DNA from: Thermoplasmata archaeon
GTDB taxonomy: Archaea; Thermoplasmatota; Thermoplasmata; Lutacidiplasmatales; UBA184
DNA: 64,000 nucleotides
Reading direction: 5' to 3'
Assembly (NCBI GenBank): GCA_049675585.1
Contig: JBAUAJ010000035.1
Location: 4,198-68,197 of the forward strand
Positions 1 through 10,425 of the stretch are shown here, one piece after another. Each line of letters begins with the position of its first letter. Positions within the stretch are counted from its first letter, which is position 1. The position numbers and the translations under genes are program-made. The notes under the pieces were generated by a model. The model saw nothing but the letters and a program-made list of their open reading frames with translations, made no database searches and was not told the DNA's origin.

Positions 1-91
1 CCCCGACGGAGTTCGGAGATCCTCCTCGGGGCGGCCGCTCGGGGTTGGCCCCCCCGGGGCTATATCATCGACCGACGCAACCGGGCGCGGT

Positions 92-3000
92 TCAGGCGCT
101 GGGGCGGGCGATGGGAACGCCGGCCGCGATCGGGGATTCGCCGCGGGGGGCCAAGGCCGGTGATGTCGCGGATGCCGTCGGGCCGAGGCCGACCGGCTGC
201 AGTAGTATCGACGGGGAGAACGTGACCGAGACGGTCACCGGCCCGCCCACTACGAGGAATGTACCCGAGGGGTGGGAGGCGACGTAGCCTGCGACGGCTC
301 CGAGGGTGTAGGAGTATGAACCGTTCGGGAGATCGAACACGAGCGTCGGGGTGTTGCCGGAGACGGTGGTCGATCCGACCTTCACGCTCCAGGTCGCCGC
401 GAGATGGCCGGTGGTTCCCGCGAGCGCGATCCCGGTCTCCTTGAAGGTGACCACATACGACCCCTGCGAGTAGACGACCGAGACGACCTGCGATGCGCCG
501 GCCACCGTCACGGAACCGGAGGCGGGAACGACGGAGTACCCCGATACAGAGCCGACCGAGTACGCGTAGGTCCCGTTTGTCTCGTAGAAGAATATCGACG
601 AGTGAATCGACCCCTGGGTCACTCCCCCGAGTGTCACGGACCAGGAACTCCCCGCGGGCAGCCCGCGTTCGCTGAACGCCACTTCGAACACGACTGCCGA
701 AAAGAGAAGCGTCGGTTCGTTCACCGGCGCCCCCGAGACCGTCACCGAACCGGAGTAGGGAAGCGTCGCTTGATGCCAACCCGTGAGACGTCCGATCGAG
801 TACGCGAACGAGCCGTTCGGCTCGGTGAGTATGAGGACGTCGGTACCCCCGTCGGTCGTCAGCGACCGGGTCGTTCCCGCCAAGGTGACGGAGAACGTCA
901 GACCAGAAAGCAGCCCGCTTTCGGAGAACTCAACCGAGTAGGCGGTTTGTGTGAAAATCACCGTCACGGTAACCCCGGAACCGGCGACCCCCACCGACCC
1001 GGAACGGACGGCGGCGTGGTACCCCGGGACCCCGCCGATCGAGTAGGTGTAGGTTCCGTTCGGCTCCGAGAACGATATGCTCCCCGCCGTCGAGCTCGAG
1101 AGAGCCCCCTGCAGGGTCACCGACCAGAGAGTCCCGGAAGGGAGTCCCGATTCGGTGAAACTGACGGGGTAGGTGACCCCCCCGAAGACGAGGGTCGGCT
1201 CGGTGACGGTCGCACCGTTGACCGTTACGCTCCCGTGGTACGGGAGCGTGGACTGGTGCCAGCCCGGAACATCGGCGATCGAATACGAGAAACTCCCGTT
1301 CGGCTCGGAGAAGCCGACCGAAGCGCCCGTCGTGCTCCGGGCGGCCCCGTTGAGCGTCACCGTCCATGTCGTGCCGCTCGGGAGCCCGCTCTGCGCGAAC
1401 GAGACGGTGTAGACTACCGGAGTGAAGACGAGCGTCGGCTCGAGCACTGCGGCGCCGTTCACGAGCACCGATCCGTGATACGGGAGGGTCGATTGATGCC
1501 ATCCGGGAACTCCCCCGATCGTGTAGGCGAACGTTCCGTTCGGCTCGGTGAACCCGATCGGGTCGGTTCCCCCGTCGGTCGTCACCGTTTTCGGTACGCC
1601 GTTCAAGGTCACACCAAACAGCGTGCCCGACGGAAGCCCCGACTCGGAGAATCCGACCGAGTACGCGACCTGGGTGAATCGGATCGAAATGGGGTTCGAC
1701 GAGCCGGAAACCGTGACCGATCCGGAGGAGGGTGCCGGCGAGTATCCGGCGACCGCCCCTACGGTGTAGCTGATCGACCCGTTCGGCTCGGAGAACGCGA
1801 TCGATGGGGTCGAGGAGCCGAGCGTCGTCCCTCCGAGCATCACCGACCACGGGGTGCCACCGGGCAAGCCGGTCTCTGAGAACGTCACGGGGTAGGTGAA
1901 TGCGGCGAACGCGAGGGTCGGCTGGGTGACGGGGCTCCCGGCGACCGTCACGCTGCCCGAATAGGGCAGGGTGCTCTGGTGCCAGCCCGCGATCGGCCCG
2001 ATCGAGTAGGTGTACGTTCCGTTCGTGAGGACGAACGTGAGGCCATCGGTCGCTCCGTCGGTGGTTCGTGATTGTGCGCTTCCCCCGACGGTCACCTCGA
2101 ACGTCTGCCCGGAGGGAAGGCCGCTCTCCGAGAATCCCACCGAGTACGTCGCCGGGCCGAACGAGATCCCGACGAGGATCGAAGCCCCGGCGATCGTGAC
2201 CGTGCCGGAGTGCGGCGTCGCGTGGAATCCTGCGACCGGCGTTATGGAGTACGATTCCGTCCCGTTCGGCGCGGAAAAGCTGATCGTGGTACCCACGGTA
2301 GATTGCAGACTCCCCCCGAGGGTTACCGACCAGGACGACCCCGTCGGGAGGCCGGTCTCCTGGAACGCGACCGAGTACTCCACGGGAAGATACTCGAGCG
2401 TCGGCTCGGCGAGTGCCGCGCCCGTGACGGTGATCGTCCCGCTGGCTGGGAGGGTCGACTGGCTCCAGCCGGCGACGTTCGCGATCGTGTAGAGGTAGGT
2501 CCCGTTCGGTTCCCCAAACGATAGGGTGTCCGTCCCCCCGGTGGTCGTCAGAGACTCCGCTATCCCGTTCAGCGTCACGCCGAACGATCGGCCCGCCGGA
2601 AGGCCACTCTCGGCAAAGCTGACCGTGAATCCAGCGGCCGAGAACGACACCCCGACCGGGACGGCCGCCCCGGCGACAGTGACCGAACCGGCCGACGGGG
2701 TCGAGCGGTACCCCGGCACCGCTCCGAGCGCATAGCCGTAGGTGCCGTTCGGTTCGGCGAACGAGATCGTGGAGGTCGAGGAACTAAGCAGTGTGCCGGC
2801 GAGAGTCACAGACCAGATAGTCGACGTCGGAAGGCCGCTCTCCGTGAATGTGACAGAATAACTGACCGGCGAGAACGTGATGCTCTGGCCGATCGGTGCA
2901 CCGTTCACCTTGACGGTACCCGATCCCGGAGCGGGATGGTACCCCGACGCACCGCCCACGCGGAAGTTGTACGTTCCGAACGGCTCGTGGACGACGATGG

Positions 3001-5515
3001 TAGATGCGGAGGAGCTGAGGGTCGTCGGATTGGAGCAGACGCTCCCGCTGACGGCGCAGCCCGCGTCGCCGGGGGCGGGAGTGAGCGTCACCGACCAGGG
3101 AGTCGACGCGGGAAGTCCGGACTCCGTGAAGGTCGCGGCGTACGTGAGAGTGTTCCGGGTGAAGTTTCCGGCGTCGAGGACCCCCCAGCCGGTCGCGAGG
3201 TCGTAACCGGGTTTGGCCTCGTAGGCGGCCGCCAGCCCGCCGGCGTCCGTGTAGGTCGTCACATCGTAGAACGACGACAGCGTGAGCGACCCGCCGAACT
3301 GTTTCTGGCCCAGCGGGTAGATCGCCGGGTTGAGGTACCCCACCCAGCCTTCGTGCTGGGTGAAGAGTGCGTGATCCACCGTGGCGATCTCGCCGCCTGC
3401 GATCTGGTCCGCAATGCTCGTACCCACGAAGTACGTCGCTCCCACGATCGGCGCGGAGCCATGGCTTGTCCCGACGGCGATCGACGAGACGGCCGCGCAG
3501 CTCGAGGAGACCCAGCAGGTGAAATTGAGGGAGTACGGACCGGCCTCGAGGTCGATGATCGTATCGTTCGCGATCGCCGAGAGGTCCGGCTCGGCGCGAT
3601 AGTTGCCGGATCGAACCGCGTTGGCGACCGATTGGGCGTCCGCCGACGCGTTGAACCACGTGGCCCGATAGTACGTGGTCGACGTCGCGACCCCGCCCGT
3701 TCCGCCGTACGTGCTCGAGAAGCCGTCGACCTTCCCCGCCGGCTCATACCAGCCGATCTCCCCTCGGCCGACCCCGTAGTACGGGGCGGCGGCCGAAGCG
3801 AGATGGGGCGGGCCGCGCAGCAACGTCGTCGTATTGAGAGCGACGGTGGTTCCCCCGACTGCCACGGTACCGAACGTGTTCCCGCCGAGCTCTGCCGGTG
3901 GGGCGATGGCCGTCCCCCCGTCCCCGCTCGCGCCGAGGACGGTGATCCCCCGAGCCTGGGCAGCCTTGAGATCGGTGGTGAACGCCGCCGGGAGGGCGCC
4001 CGAGGTCGTCCAGGAGTTCGTGATCACGCTCACGTTCGTCAGATCCTTGACGTTTGCCGCGGTGTCGAACCCCCCGGTCGACGAGAACGCGCCGGTGGTC
4101 GGGCTCAGGATGTCCGCGAGCACCGTGTCGATCGCGGTGGTGGAGGCGGAGCCGCCGAACACCTGGAAGACGTTCGCCCCGGGTGCCATCGCTCCGAGCA
4201 TGTCGACGTCCAGGGTGTTCTCGCCCTCGGCCTCGCCGTCGTCGCACGACGAAGAGTATCCCTGCGAACCCGCCGGATAGGCGTACGTGTACCCTGTGAT
4301 CGGCAACGACACGGCCCGAGGCATCGGCTCGCCCGCGGGCAGGGAGTACTTCCAGAACGACGTCACGTCCGGCATGAAGAAGTCCCACGCCGACGCCGCG
4401 CTCTGCGTGATCGTGGAACAGAAGTAATTGAACAGCCCGGACGAGCCGCACGTCCCGATGTTGGCGTGGCAGATCGGGTCGGTCCAGAGCACGGCCGCGA
4501 CGGTCGCGTTGACCGGGTAGCCGTACTTCTGGAACACTCCGGTCTCATTGTAAGCGACTTGCAGGTCGGGCGCCTCAAGGAGGCTGCCGCAGTCGTTGGT
4601 GTCGCACGTTCCCGACTTCCCCTTGAGATTGAGCACGACGGGGCGGTCGTAGGTATTCGTCAGACCGTTCGACGTCACGGAGGTGCTCCCGAACGGGTTC
4701 CCCGTTTGTCCAGGGGATATGGATGAATCGGGGCGGACCAGAGGAGAGATCGCCGGGATCGCGCCGCCAGTGGCGGCGTCCCCGGCGAGCGCGGCGGGTA
4801 GCGAGGCGAGCGGCGCCAGATGGTTGAGGTACTCGGAATAGTTGCTCAGGCCCTCGACGTCCACTACGAACGGATGAAGGGGCGCTGGAAGCAGAGGGGG
4901 GGATCGGGGGGCGTAAAACGGCTGGTCCGTCCCCGAAACGTACGCCCCGAGCGTCGTGTGGAAGATCGAGGTCACCTGGGCGGGGGTCGCCGCGAATGAT
5001 ATCGCGAGCCGGTCGGAATGGGTGGTGAGTTGCGTGACACCATAGGAGGAGAGGTACTCGACCAACGAGTTGTAGACCGGGGCGGACGCTCCGAACTGGG
5101 CGTTAAACTCCGTCGCCGTGAGGTACTGGTGGTATTCTGGAGACGACGGATTCGACAAGGCCGCGAGAAGTTCGTTGAGGCGCGACTCGTTCGTGAAGGA
5201 AAGAGTGAGCAACAGGTCGATCGTCCCGGTCGGATCCGCGGGAGTTCGTAGGACGGGGGCCCCGAGGTACATCGCCCCGGGAAGACCGATTCCGGGCTCA
5301 GAGTAGGGGGCGACGACCGTGGGAGCGGCCCTCAGTTCGGAGGGAGTCAGGTCGAAACCCGGGCTGGCCCCGGCGGCCGATAGTGCGGGCCGAGCTCCCG
5401 ACTCGCGGTTCAGCGCGTTGACCCCGCCCGCCCCAAGGACGAAACTGGCCGAGATGCAGACCGCCAACGCGACCGCCACGGCATGCCGACTCCACCCCAA
5501 CGGCTCGGTCCCCAC
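92..5515 (-). CDS. Secreted sedolisin-like serine peptidase (S53 type) with a pro-kumamolisin-like propeptide and about 12 C-terminal FxESGLPxGxxWSVTL modules
   Basis: 1807-aa ORF. Signal-like N-terminus MGTEPLGWSRHAVAVALAVCISASFVLGAGG. Propeptide-like LLAALSNPSSPEYHQYLTATEFNAQFGAS. Active-site-like motifs GENTLDVDMLGAMAPGA, ITVLGASGDGG and YFVGTSIADQIAGG. The last ~1000 aa are tandem modules. Confidence 0.8.
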   Translation of the reverse strand: MGTEPLGWSRHAVAVALAVCISASFVLGAGGVNALNRESGARPALSAAGASPGFDLTPSELRAAPTVVAPYSEPGIGLPGAMYLGAPVLRTPADPTGTIDLLLTLSFTNESRLNELLAALSNPSSPEYHQYLTATEFNAQFGASAPVYNSLVEYLSSYGVTQLTTHSDRLAISFAATPAQVTSIFHTTLGAYVSGTDQPFYAPRSPPLLPAPLHPFVVDVEGLSNYSEYLNHLAPLASLPAALAGDAATGGAIPAISPLVRPDSSISPGQTGNPFGSTSVTSNGLTNTYDRPVVLNLKGKSGTCDTNDCGSLLEAPDLQVAYNETGVFQKYGYPVNATVAAVLWTDPICHANIGTCGSSGLFNYFCSTITQSAASAWDFFMPDVTSFWKYSLPAGEPMPRAVSLPITGYTYAYPAGSQGYSSSCDDGEAEGENTLDVDMLGAMAPGANVFQVFGGSASTTAIDTVLADILSPTTGAFSSTGGFDTAANVKDLTNVSVITNSWTTSGALPAAFTTDLKAAQARGITVLGASGDGGTAIAPPAELGGNTFGTVAVGGTTVALNTTTLLRGPPHLASAAAPYYGVGRGEIGWYEPAGKVDGFSSTYGGTGGVATSTTYYRATWFNASADAQSVANAVRSGNYRAEPDLSAIANDTIIDLEAGPYSLNFTCWVSSSCAAVSSIAVGTSHGSAPIVGATYFVGTSIADQIAGGEIATVDHALFTQHEGWVGYLNPAIYPLGQKQFGGSLTLSSFYDVTTYTDAGGLAAAYEAKPGYDLATGWGVLDAGNFTRNTLTYAATFTESGLPASTPWSVTLTPAPGDAGCAVSGSVCSNPTTLSSSASTIVVHEPFGTYNFRVGGASGYHPAPGSGTVKVNGAPIGQSITFSPVSYSVTFTESGLPTSTIWSVTLAGTLLSSSTSTISFAEPNGTYGYALGAVPGYRSTPSAGSVTVAGAAVPVGVSFSAAGFTVSFAESGLPAGRSFGVTLNGIAESLTTTGGTDTLSFGEPNGTYLYTIANVAGWSQSTLPASGTITVTGAALAEPTLEYLPVEYSVAFQETGLPTGSSWSVTLGGSLQSTVGTTISFSAPNGTESYSITPVAGFHATPHSGTVTIAGASILVGISFGPATYSVGFSESGLPSGQTFEVTVGGSAQSRTTDGATDGLTFVLTNGTYTYSIGPIAGWHQSTLPYSGSVTVAGSPVTQPTLAFAAFTYPVTFSETGLPGGTPWSVMLGGTTLGSSTPSIAFSEPNGSISYTVGAVAGYSPAPSSGSVTVSGSSNPISIRFTQVAYSVGFSESGLPSGTLFGVTLNGVPKTVTTDGGTDPIGFTEPNGTFAYTIGGVPGWHQSTLPYHGSVLVNGAAVLEPTLVFTPVVYTVSFAQSGLPSGTTWTVTLNGAARSTTGASVGFSEPNGSFSYSIADVPGWHQSTLPYHGSVTVNGATVTEPTLVFGGVTYPVSFTESGLPSGTLWSVTLQGALSSSTAGSISFSEPNGTYTYSIGGVPGYHAAVRSGSVGVAGSGVTVTVIFTQTAYSVEFSESGLLSGLTFSVTLAGTTRSLTTDGGTDVLILTEPNGSFAYSIGRLTGWHQATLPYSGSVTVSGAPVNEPTLLFSAVVFEVAFSERGLPAGSSWSVTLGGVTQGSIHSSIFFYETNGTYAYSVGSVSGYSVVPASGSVTVAGASQVVSVVYSQGSYVVTFKETGIALAGTTGHLAATWSVKVGSTTVSGNTPTLVFDLPNGSYSYTLGAVAGYVASHPSGTFLVVGGPVTVSVTFSPSILLQPVGLGPTASATSPALAPRGESPIAAGVPIARPSA
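150..3150 (-). repeat. In-frame tandem coding repeat, period about 240 nt (about 12 units, two alternating subtypes)
   Basis: The string ccgttcggctcggagaa and close variants recur at about 1056, 1298, 1538, 1780, 2262, 2503 and 2744. At protein level, ~77-aa (WSVTL...GY) and ~84-aa (TTDGGTD...GWHQSTLPY) units alternate. Confidence 0.8.
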
Positions 5516-5720
5516 CCGACCCCAAGCGCAGGGTCAGGACGTGGCAGGAAGGACCCTTACTTAGCACCTATCTGCACGTCGTAGAGGAAACGGCCCCCTC
5601 CTGACCCAATACCCCACGTCAACCCGAATGCGTCCACCCTCCCCGCGGATCTATCGTTCCCCTGGTCGCTGTTCGGCCCGCCACGGAAGAGACCAAGTAT
5701 CAACGGCCGCTCCGGCCGCT

Positions 5721-6638
5721 GTGCGCGTCCTGGTGGTTGGAGCTGGAGGATTCCTCGGCCGGGGGACGGTCCGCGCCTTGACGACGCATGGAGTCGAGGT
5801 CCGTGGACTCGTACGAACTCCGGCCCAGGCTTCGATCGTTCAGGATCACGGGGGAACTCCATTCTTGGGGGACGTCGGGATTGCAGAGTCGACTCGACGT
5901 GCCGTCGAGGGCTGTGACTGTATAGTGCACCTCGCCGCCCCGAGCAGCGCGGACTCGGCGACCCCGGCCGGGCGAGGGGAGTGGGACCGGTCCCGGGTGG
6001 CCGGCGCACGGAATCTTGTGAATGCGGCGCACGCCGCGGGGGTCCGTCGCTTCGTGCTCGGATCAGGGTACTGGTTGTATGGCCACTACCCCGGGACGAT
6101 CACGGAGGAGAGCGCCTCTCAGCCCTCGGAGGTCGTGGCGTACAACTGGGAGGCCGAGCTCGTCGTTCGGGCCGCCTTCCGACCCGGAACGCTGGACGTG
6201 ATGATCGTTCGACCCGGGATGGTCTACGGGGATGGAGCGTGGTTCCGTCCGATGGTCGATTCCATCCGCGCCGGCCGGTATCGGTACGTGGGGGACGGGG
6301 CGAACCACTGGTCCACCGTCGCTCTGCCCGATTGCGGGCTCGCCTTTCGGACCATCGTCGAGCACGGCCGGGGGGGAGAGACGTACCTCGTGGCCGACGA
6401 CGAGCCGGTCAAGGTCCGTGACCTCACGCATCTCGTGGCCCGTGAGCTCGGGGCCACGCCCCCGCACGGACTCCCGCTGGATGAGGCGACGACCCAGATG
6501 GGTCCGTCGGTCGCCGCGGCTCTGGCCGCCAACCAGTCGGTCTCCAACTCCAAGCTCCGAGGGCTCGGATGGCGCCCCCGGTTTACAAACTACCGAGAGG
6601 GGATTCCGCCGTCCATTCGGGCCATGCTCTCCGGCTGA
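5721..6638 (+). CDS. NAD-dependent epimerase/dehydratase family protein (extended SDR)
   Basis: Rossmann motif VLVVGAGGFLGRG right after GTG 5721. The listed ORF starts at 5628, but its first 31 aa are Arg/Pro-rich and look non-coding. The start is uncertain. Confidence 0.7.
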   Translation: MRVLVVGAGGFLGRGTVRALTTHGVEVRGLVRTPAQASIVQDHGGTPFLGDVGIAESTRRAVEGCDCIVHLAAPSSADSATPAGRGEWDRSRVAGARNLVNAAHAAGVRRFVLGSGYWLYGHYPGTITEESASQPSEVVAYNWEAELVVRAAFRPGTLDVMIVRPGMVYGDGAWFRPMVDSIRAGRYRYVGDGANHWSTVALPDCGLAFRTIVEHGRGGETYLVADDEPVKVRDLTHLVARELGATPPHGLPLDEATTQMGPSVAAALAANQSVSNSKLRGLGWRPRFTNYREGIPPSIRAMLSG

Positions 6639-6830
6639 CCCGCCCGATCGGCGGGAGGATCCGTTCGTTCCGCGGGGACCCGGCACTGCCAGGAAACCCT
6701 TCTCCTCGGTGGTCCGGCGAGGAAACGGGGGTCTGTCCGTCAGTAAAAGGCAGGTTTTCTCGGGAGAATAATTCCTAAAATGTTATACACGGAAGGGGTT
6801 GTGCGAAGGTGCCTCATGGGTGTGGGGAAA

Positions 6831-9800
6831 ATGAAATCGAAAGCACTGGTGGTAGCGATTGTCGTTCTCGCGGTCGTGGGCTGGATGGGGGTGGGGGCCG
6901 CAACGCTCGCGGCGGGCCCGGTGAGCACCGCGTCGCATGCGCCGCCGGTATCGACGGCTTCGGCGACTCCTTCGGCTCCGGCTTCCGCGACTCCGTCGTT
7001 GGTCTCACCGTCACTCGGAGCGGGAAGCAACGTCGCGGCGACGATGGCCGAGAATGCGATCTCCGCCACGCGCGCGGCCGGTCTCAAGTCGAACGTGGTG
7101 TTCGTGCCGCGCCCTTCCGCGACCATGTCGCAGATCGAAGCGACCAGCGCCTCCGGGGTCGTCCAGCCCCTCTACACGGGAGATCCGGCCCCGCTCGGGG
7201 TGGCCTACTACGGTCTGAGCGGTACCGGCACGGGGCCGCTCCACGGGACCGTGTTCAACACGACGGCGGTGCGGGGAATCGTCTCCGCCAATGCCACGGG
7301 GATCCAGGGACAGGACCTGTACCAAAGCTCTCCCGACAGCTACGGAATTCAGCTCAACTCAGTGATGACCAACGTACACCTGTTCGGGACGAAAGGGTTT
7401 GAGTTCTGGACGCAGAATGTCATGGAATTCTATCCCGCGGCCGGTGAGATGGTCCTCGTTACGAACATCTGGAACTTCTCGGGCGGTTCGTATCACGGGA
7501 ACGAATTCTACTCCCAGAGTGTCGTCGGCGGAGCGGTCGACGACTTCGGAGAGTACGGTGCGCTCGGCTACTACTATGCGGAGTACATCGTCCCGATGCC
7601 GATCTCCTATCCGTTCAACCTGACCCTCACCATGAACTCCGGGGTGGACGGAGGCCGGAACAACATGAGCTTCAGCGTCTCGCTGACGAGCTCCACGATC
7701 CCCTCAGAGGACTTCAACCTCCCCAACTGGGACTCGATCGTGTTCAACTCGACTGAGCCTCTGGGGACTCCGTTGACCTATCCGTCGAACTACACAGCGG
7801 ACGGGCTCCATTACAATCCGATCGGGCTCACGAACGACTTCGAGCTCGACATCTGCGGACCGGGCGGAGGAAGCCAGGTCGACTTGGACGCCGCGGATGC
7901 GTCGCTCGGGCTCGCCTACTACACCGGGAGCGGATTCGCCAGCGTCCCCGCCGCGTTCAGCTACGGCGGCGAGACTGGTGAGACGGCAACCGGTGCCAAC
8001 GTCGCCTGGAGCAACGCCGCGGGCGGACCCGGCGGACTGGCGGAGTACGGCACGGCGACCACCGGACCCGGGCTCCTCACCGGATTGTGGGGCACAGGGG
8101 CGCCCGAAGGCTCAGACGCGGTCGATCTCGCGGTCTCTCCAGGCAACGCGTTCAACTTCCTGACGTACAGCGGGACCGTCGGCTTCACGACGCCGATCGT
8201 CGCCGAGGCGGCGTACGCCCCGAGCATGTTGACGCAGACGTTCTACCTGATGCCGGGAACGTACCAGCTCCTCACGGAGCTCGCCGACTATGCGCTCGTC
8301 AACCAGTCGATCTCGGTCGCCGGTCCGATGACCGTCCCCGTGTCGCTCTCGAGCGACATGGCGGCCGGGGTCTACACTCCGCTCTGGGCGTTCTCCAATG
8401 CGGAGGTCGCCAGCCTGGCGCAGAGCGGGGCGGGAACGCCATCGAGCCCGTACATTCTGGACAACAACCAGCTCGCTCCGTTGTCGAGCAGCTTCGGTTT
8501 GTACAACGATTACGTCTTCCCAGTCTATCCGGGCGTCTTCCTCTACGGAACTACCGTCACGGTGGAGCTGTACCACGCCCCCAGCTTCCAGACCTCGACG
8601 AGCACGTTCCAATATCCGGGACAATATCTCCCCCAGTACAACGATCTGCAATTCTGGTTCTGGGGGGTTACGGGAGCTTCGATCGTGGACGCCGCCAACA
8701 TCAGCGGTTGGTTCGGGGGCAATGCGTTCTACCCGCTCGTGTTCGACACGTTCAACGTGATCTTCTACGAGTCGGGCGGCAACCTGGTCGCCGGCAACAC
8801 GTTCGACACCCCGGGCGAGGCGCTTCTGATGTTCGCGGGCGGCGGGGTCTTCTACCCACCGCTGAACATCGGCGGCGGAAACAACACCGTCTGGGGGAAC
8901 ACGTTCAACGAAGTGAACAACCCGGCGGGCTGCGTCGACACGTCGCCCTGCCTGGGGCTGATGTCCCCGGCGTTCGGCGTGGCGGTCGAGATCGGGGAGT
9001 CGAACGACGTCGTCTACAACAACTACGTCAACACACCGACGACCGCGTGGCTGCTCCCGTTGAACCTCTACTCAGGGTACCCGGACTTCTTCGCGGGCAC
9101 GGAGTGGAACATCACCCCACAGCCGGCGACGAACGTCCACTTCGCCTCCGGCTTCCCGACGCTGCCCCTCACCGGGAGCATCATCGGGGGCACGACGCAG
9201 GGGGGTAACTTCTGGTGGGACTACGGCCTGATCGCGAACCCGTACAACGGAGCCGACAACCCCTACGGGGTGCTGCCGTACGACGAGAACGCGATCACGC
9301 TGGTGATCGAGATCTACGGTCCGTCGTACTACTACCTGTCGTACATCTACGGCGGGGGAGACTACGCGCCGCTCGTCCCGACGCTGGGGCCCGCGGTCAC
9401 GTTCGTCGAGCACGGACTCGTGCCGGGCACGATGTGGGGCGCCGACGTCAACGTGGGCGGCCTCGAGGTCGGCTTCGAGACGACGTCAAACTTCGAGACG
9501 CTCAGCGTGTTCGGCGCGCCGGGCCACTACGTCTGGTTCGCGGCCCCGCCGCCCATCGGGTACACCTCGCACTCGACCGGAACGGTCCGTCTGACCGACC
9601 ACCCGATCACGGTCGGGGTCGTCTTCCACGTCGCCCCGGGCTACTCGCTCCTGAAGGTCCGCGAAAGCGGCCTGCCCTCGGGGAGCGCCTGGAGCGTCGT
9701 CGTGAACGGAACGACGCCGGCCACGGATGCGTTCAACACCACAGCTACGACGAACAGCTCGTCCGTTACGGTGCTGGTCTTCGACGGAACGTACGACTTT

Positions 9801-10247
9801 ACGGTGCCGTCGGTCCCCGGCTACTTCCCGAGCCCATCGTCGGGGTCGCTCGCGATCACCGGTGGCACGACGCTTCACGTCCGGTTCCACATCGTGACGT
9901 ATGCGCTCGTGTTCAGCGAGACCGGGATCCCCGCCGGCCGCAGCTGGAGCGTTCGGATCACGGGGCCGGTCACCGGAGGCCGCACGGTCACCCGCACGCT
10001 GAGCTCGCGCGGAAGTTCGATCACCTTTGAGGTGCCGAACGGAACGTACTCGTACACCATCCTGCCGGGCGCCCACACCGTTTGCGTTCCGAACACGGGT
10101 TCGCAAGCGATCAGCGGTGCCGGAGCGACAGTCACGACGATCTGCGTCTACTCGGGCGGCCACGTGCCGGCGCACCCGCTCGTCGTATCGGGGGGCTCCG
10201 CGGCCGCCCTGGTCCGCCTCGCGGCGGTGCGGGGACCTTCGGCGTAA
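6831..10247 (+). CDS. Secreted thermopsin-like peptidase (A5 type) with C-terminal FxESGLP modules
   Basis: Signal-like MKSKALVVAIVVLAVVGWMGVGA. DPAPLGVAYYGLS and GIQLNSVMTNVHLFGTKGFEFWTQNVMEF resemble thermopsin family motifs as I recall them. Modules include KVRESGLPSGSAWSVVV and VFSETGIPAGRSWSVRI. ATG 6780 lies inside an AT-rich TATA-like stretch, so 6816 or 6831 is preferred as the start. Confidence 0.65.
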   Translation: MKSKALVVAIVVLAVVGWMGVGAATLAAGPVSTASHAPPVSTASATPSAPASATPSLVSPSLGAGSNVAATMAENAISATRAAGLKSNVVFVPRPSATMSQIEATSASGVVQPLYTGDPAPLGVAYYGLSGTGTGPLHGTVFNTTAVRGIVSANATGIQGQDLYQSSPDSYGIQLNSVMTNVHLFGTKGFEFWTQNVMEFYPAAGEMVLVTNIWNFSGGSYHGNEFYSQSVVGGAVDDFGEYGALGYYYAEYIVPMPISYPFNLTLTMNSGVDGGRNNMSFSVSLTSSTIPSEDFNLPNWDSIVFNSTEPLGTPLTYPSNYTADGLHYNPIGLTNDFELDICGPGGGSQVDLDAADASLGLAYYTGSGFASVPAAFSYGGETGETATGANVAWSNAAGGPGGLAEYGTATTGPGLLTGLWGTGAPEGSDAVDLAVSPGNAFNFLTYSGTVGFTTPIVAEAAYAPSMLTQTFYLMPGTYQLLTELADYALVNQSISVAGPMTVPVSLSSDMAAGVYTPLWAFSNAEVASLAQSGAGTPSSPYILDNNQLAPLSSSFGLYNDYVFPVYPGVFLYGTTVTVELYHAPSFQTSTSTFQYPGQYLPQYNDLQFWFWGVTGASIVDAANISGWFGGNAFYPLVFDTFNVIFYESGGNLVAGNTFDTPGEALLMFAGGGVFYPPLNIGGGNNTVWGNTFNEVNNPAGCVDTSPCLGLMSPAFGVAVEIGESNDVVYNNYVNTPTTAWLLPLNLYSGYPDFFAGTEWNITPQPATNVHFASGFPTLPLTGSIIGGTTQGGNFWWDYGLIANPYNGADNPYGVLPYDENAITLVIEIYGPSYYYLSYIYGGGDYAPLVPTLGPAVTFVEHGLVPGTMWGADVNVGGLEVGFETTSNFETLSVFGAPGHYVWFAAPPPIGYTSHSTGTVRLTDHPITVGVVFHVAPGYSLLKVRESGLPSGSAWSVVVNGTTPATDAFNTTATTNSSSVTVLVFDGTYDFTVPSVPGYFPSPSSGSLAITGGTTLHVRFHIVTYALVFSETGIPAGRSWSVRITGPVTGGRTVTRTLSSRGSSITFEVPNGTYSYTILPGAHTVCVPNTGSQAISGAGATVTTICVYSGGHVPAHPLVVSGGSAAALVRLAAVRGPSA

Positions 10248-10272
10248 CGACGGGCGAGAAACTCTTCCACCG

Positions 10273-10313
10273 GGGGACCGTCGGGTGGGACGGTCCCCTT
10301 CCCTCTTTTTTTT
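10273..10313 (+). terminator. Hairpin plus T8 tract downstream of the thermopsin-like gene
   Basis: GGGGACCGTC (10273-10282), loop GGGTGG, GACGGTCCCC (10289-10298), then TTCCCTC and TTTTTTTT (10306-10313). Confidence 0.5.
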
Positions 10314-10425
10314 GACCACCCCGATCGAATGACCGGGATCCTCCGGGCGGCTCCGTCATGATGCCCCCCCTCCGTTCTCTACTCCTCGGGGTAAGGCCTA
10401 TCCCACCGAGCGGGTTCGGGGGGCG

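Noticed and set aside
404-1879. 491-aa + strand ORF opposite the S53 repeat region (similar cases: 930..1850 -, 2936..4726 +)
   Set aside because: Arg/Gly/Asp/Pro-rich low-complexity translation, antisense to a gene with clear domains and repeats. This is a typical shadow ORF of high-GC DNA.
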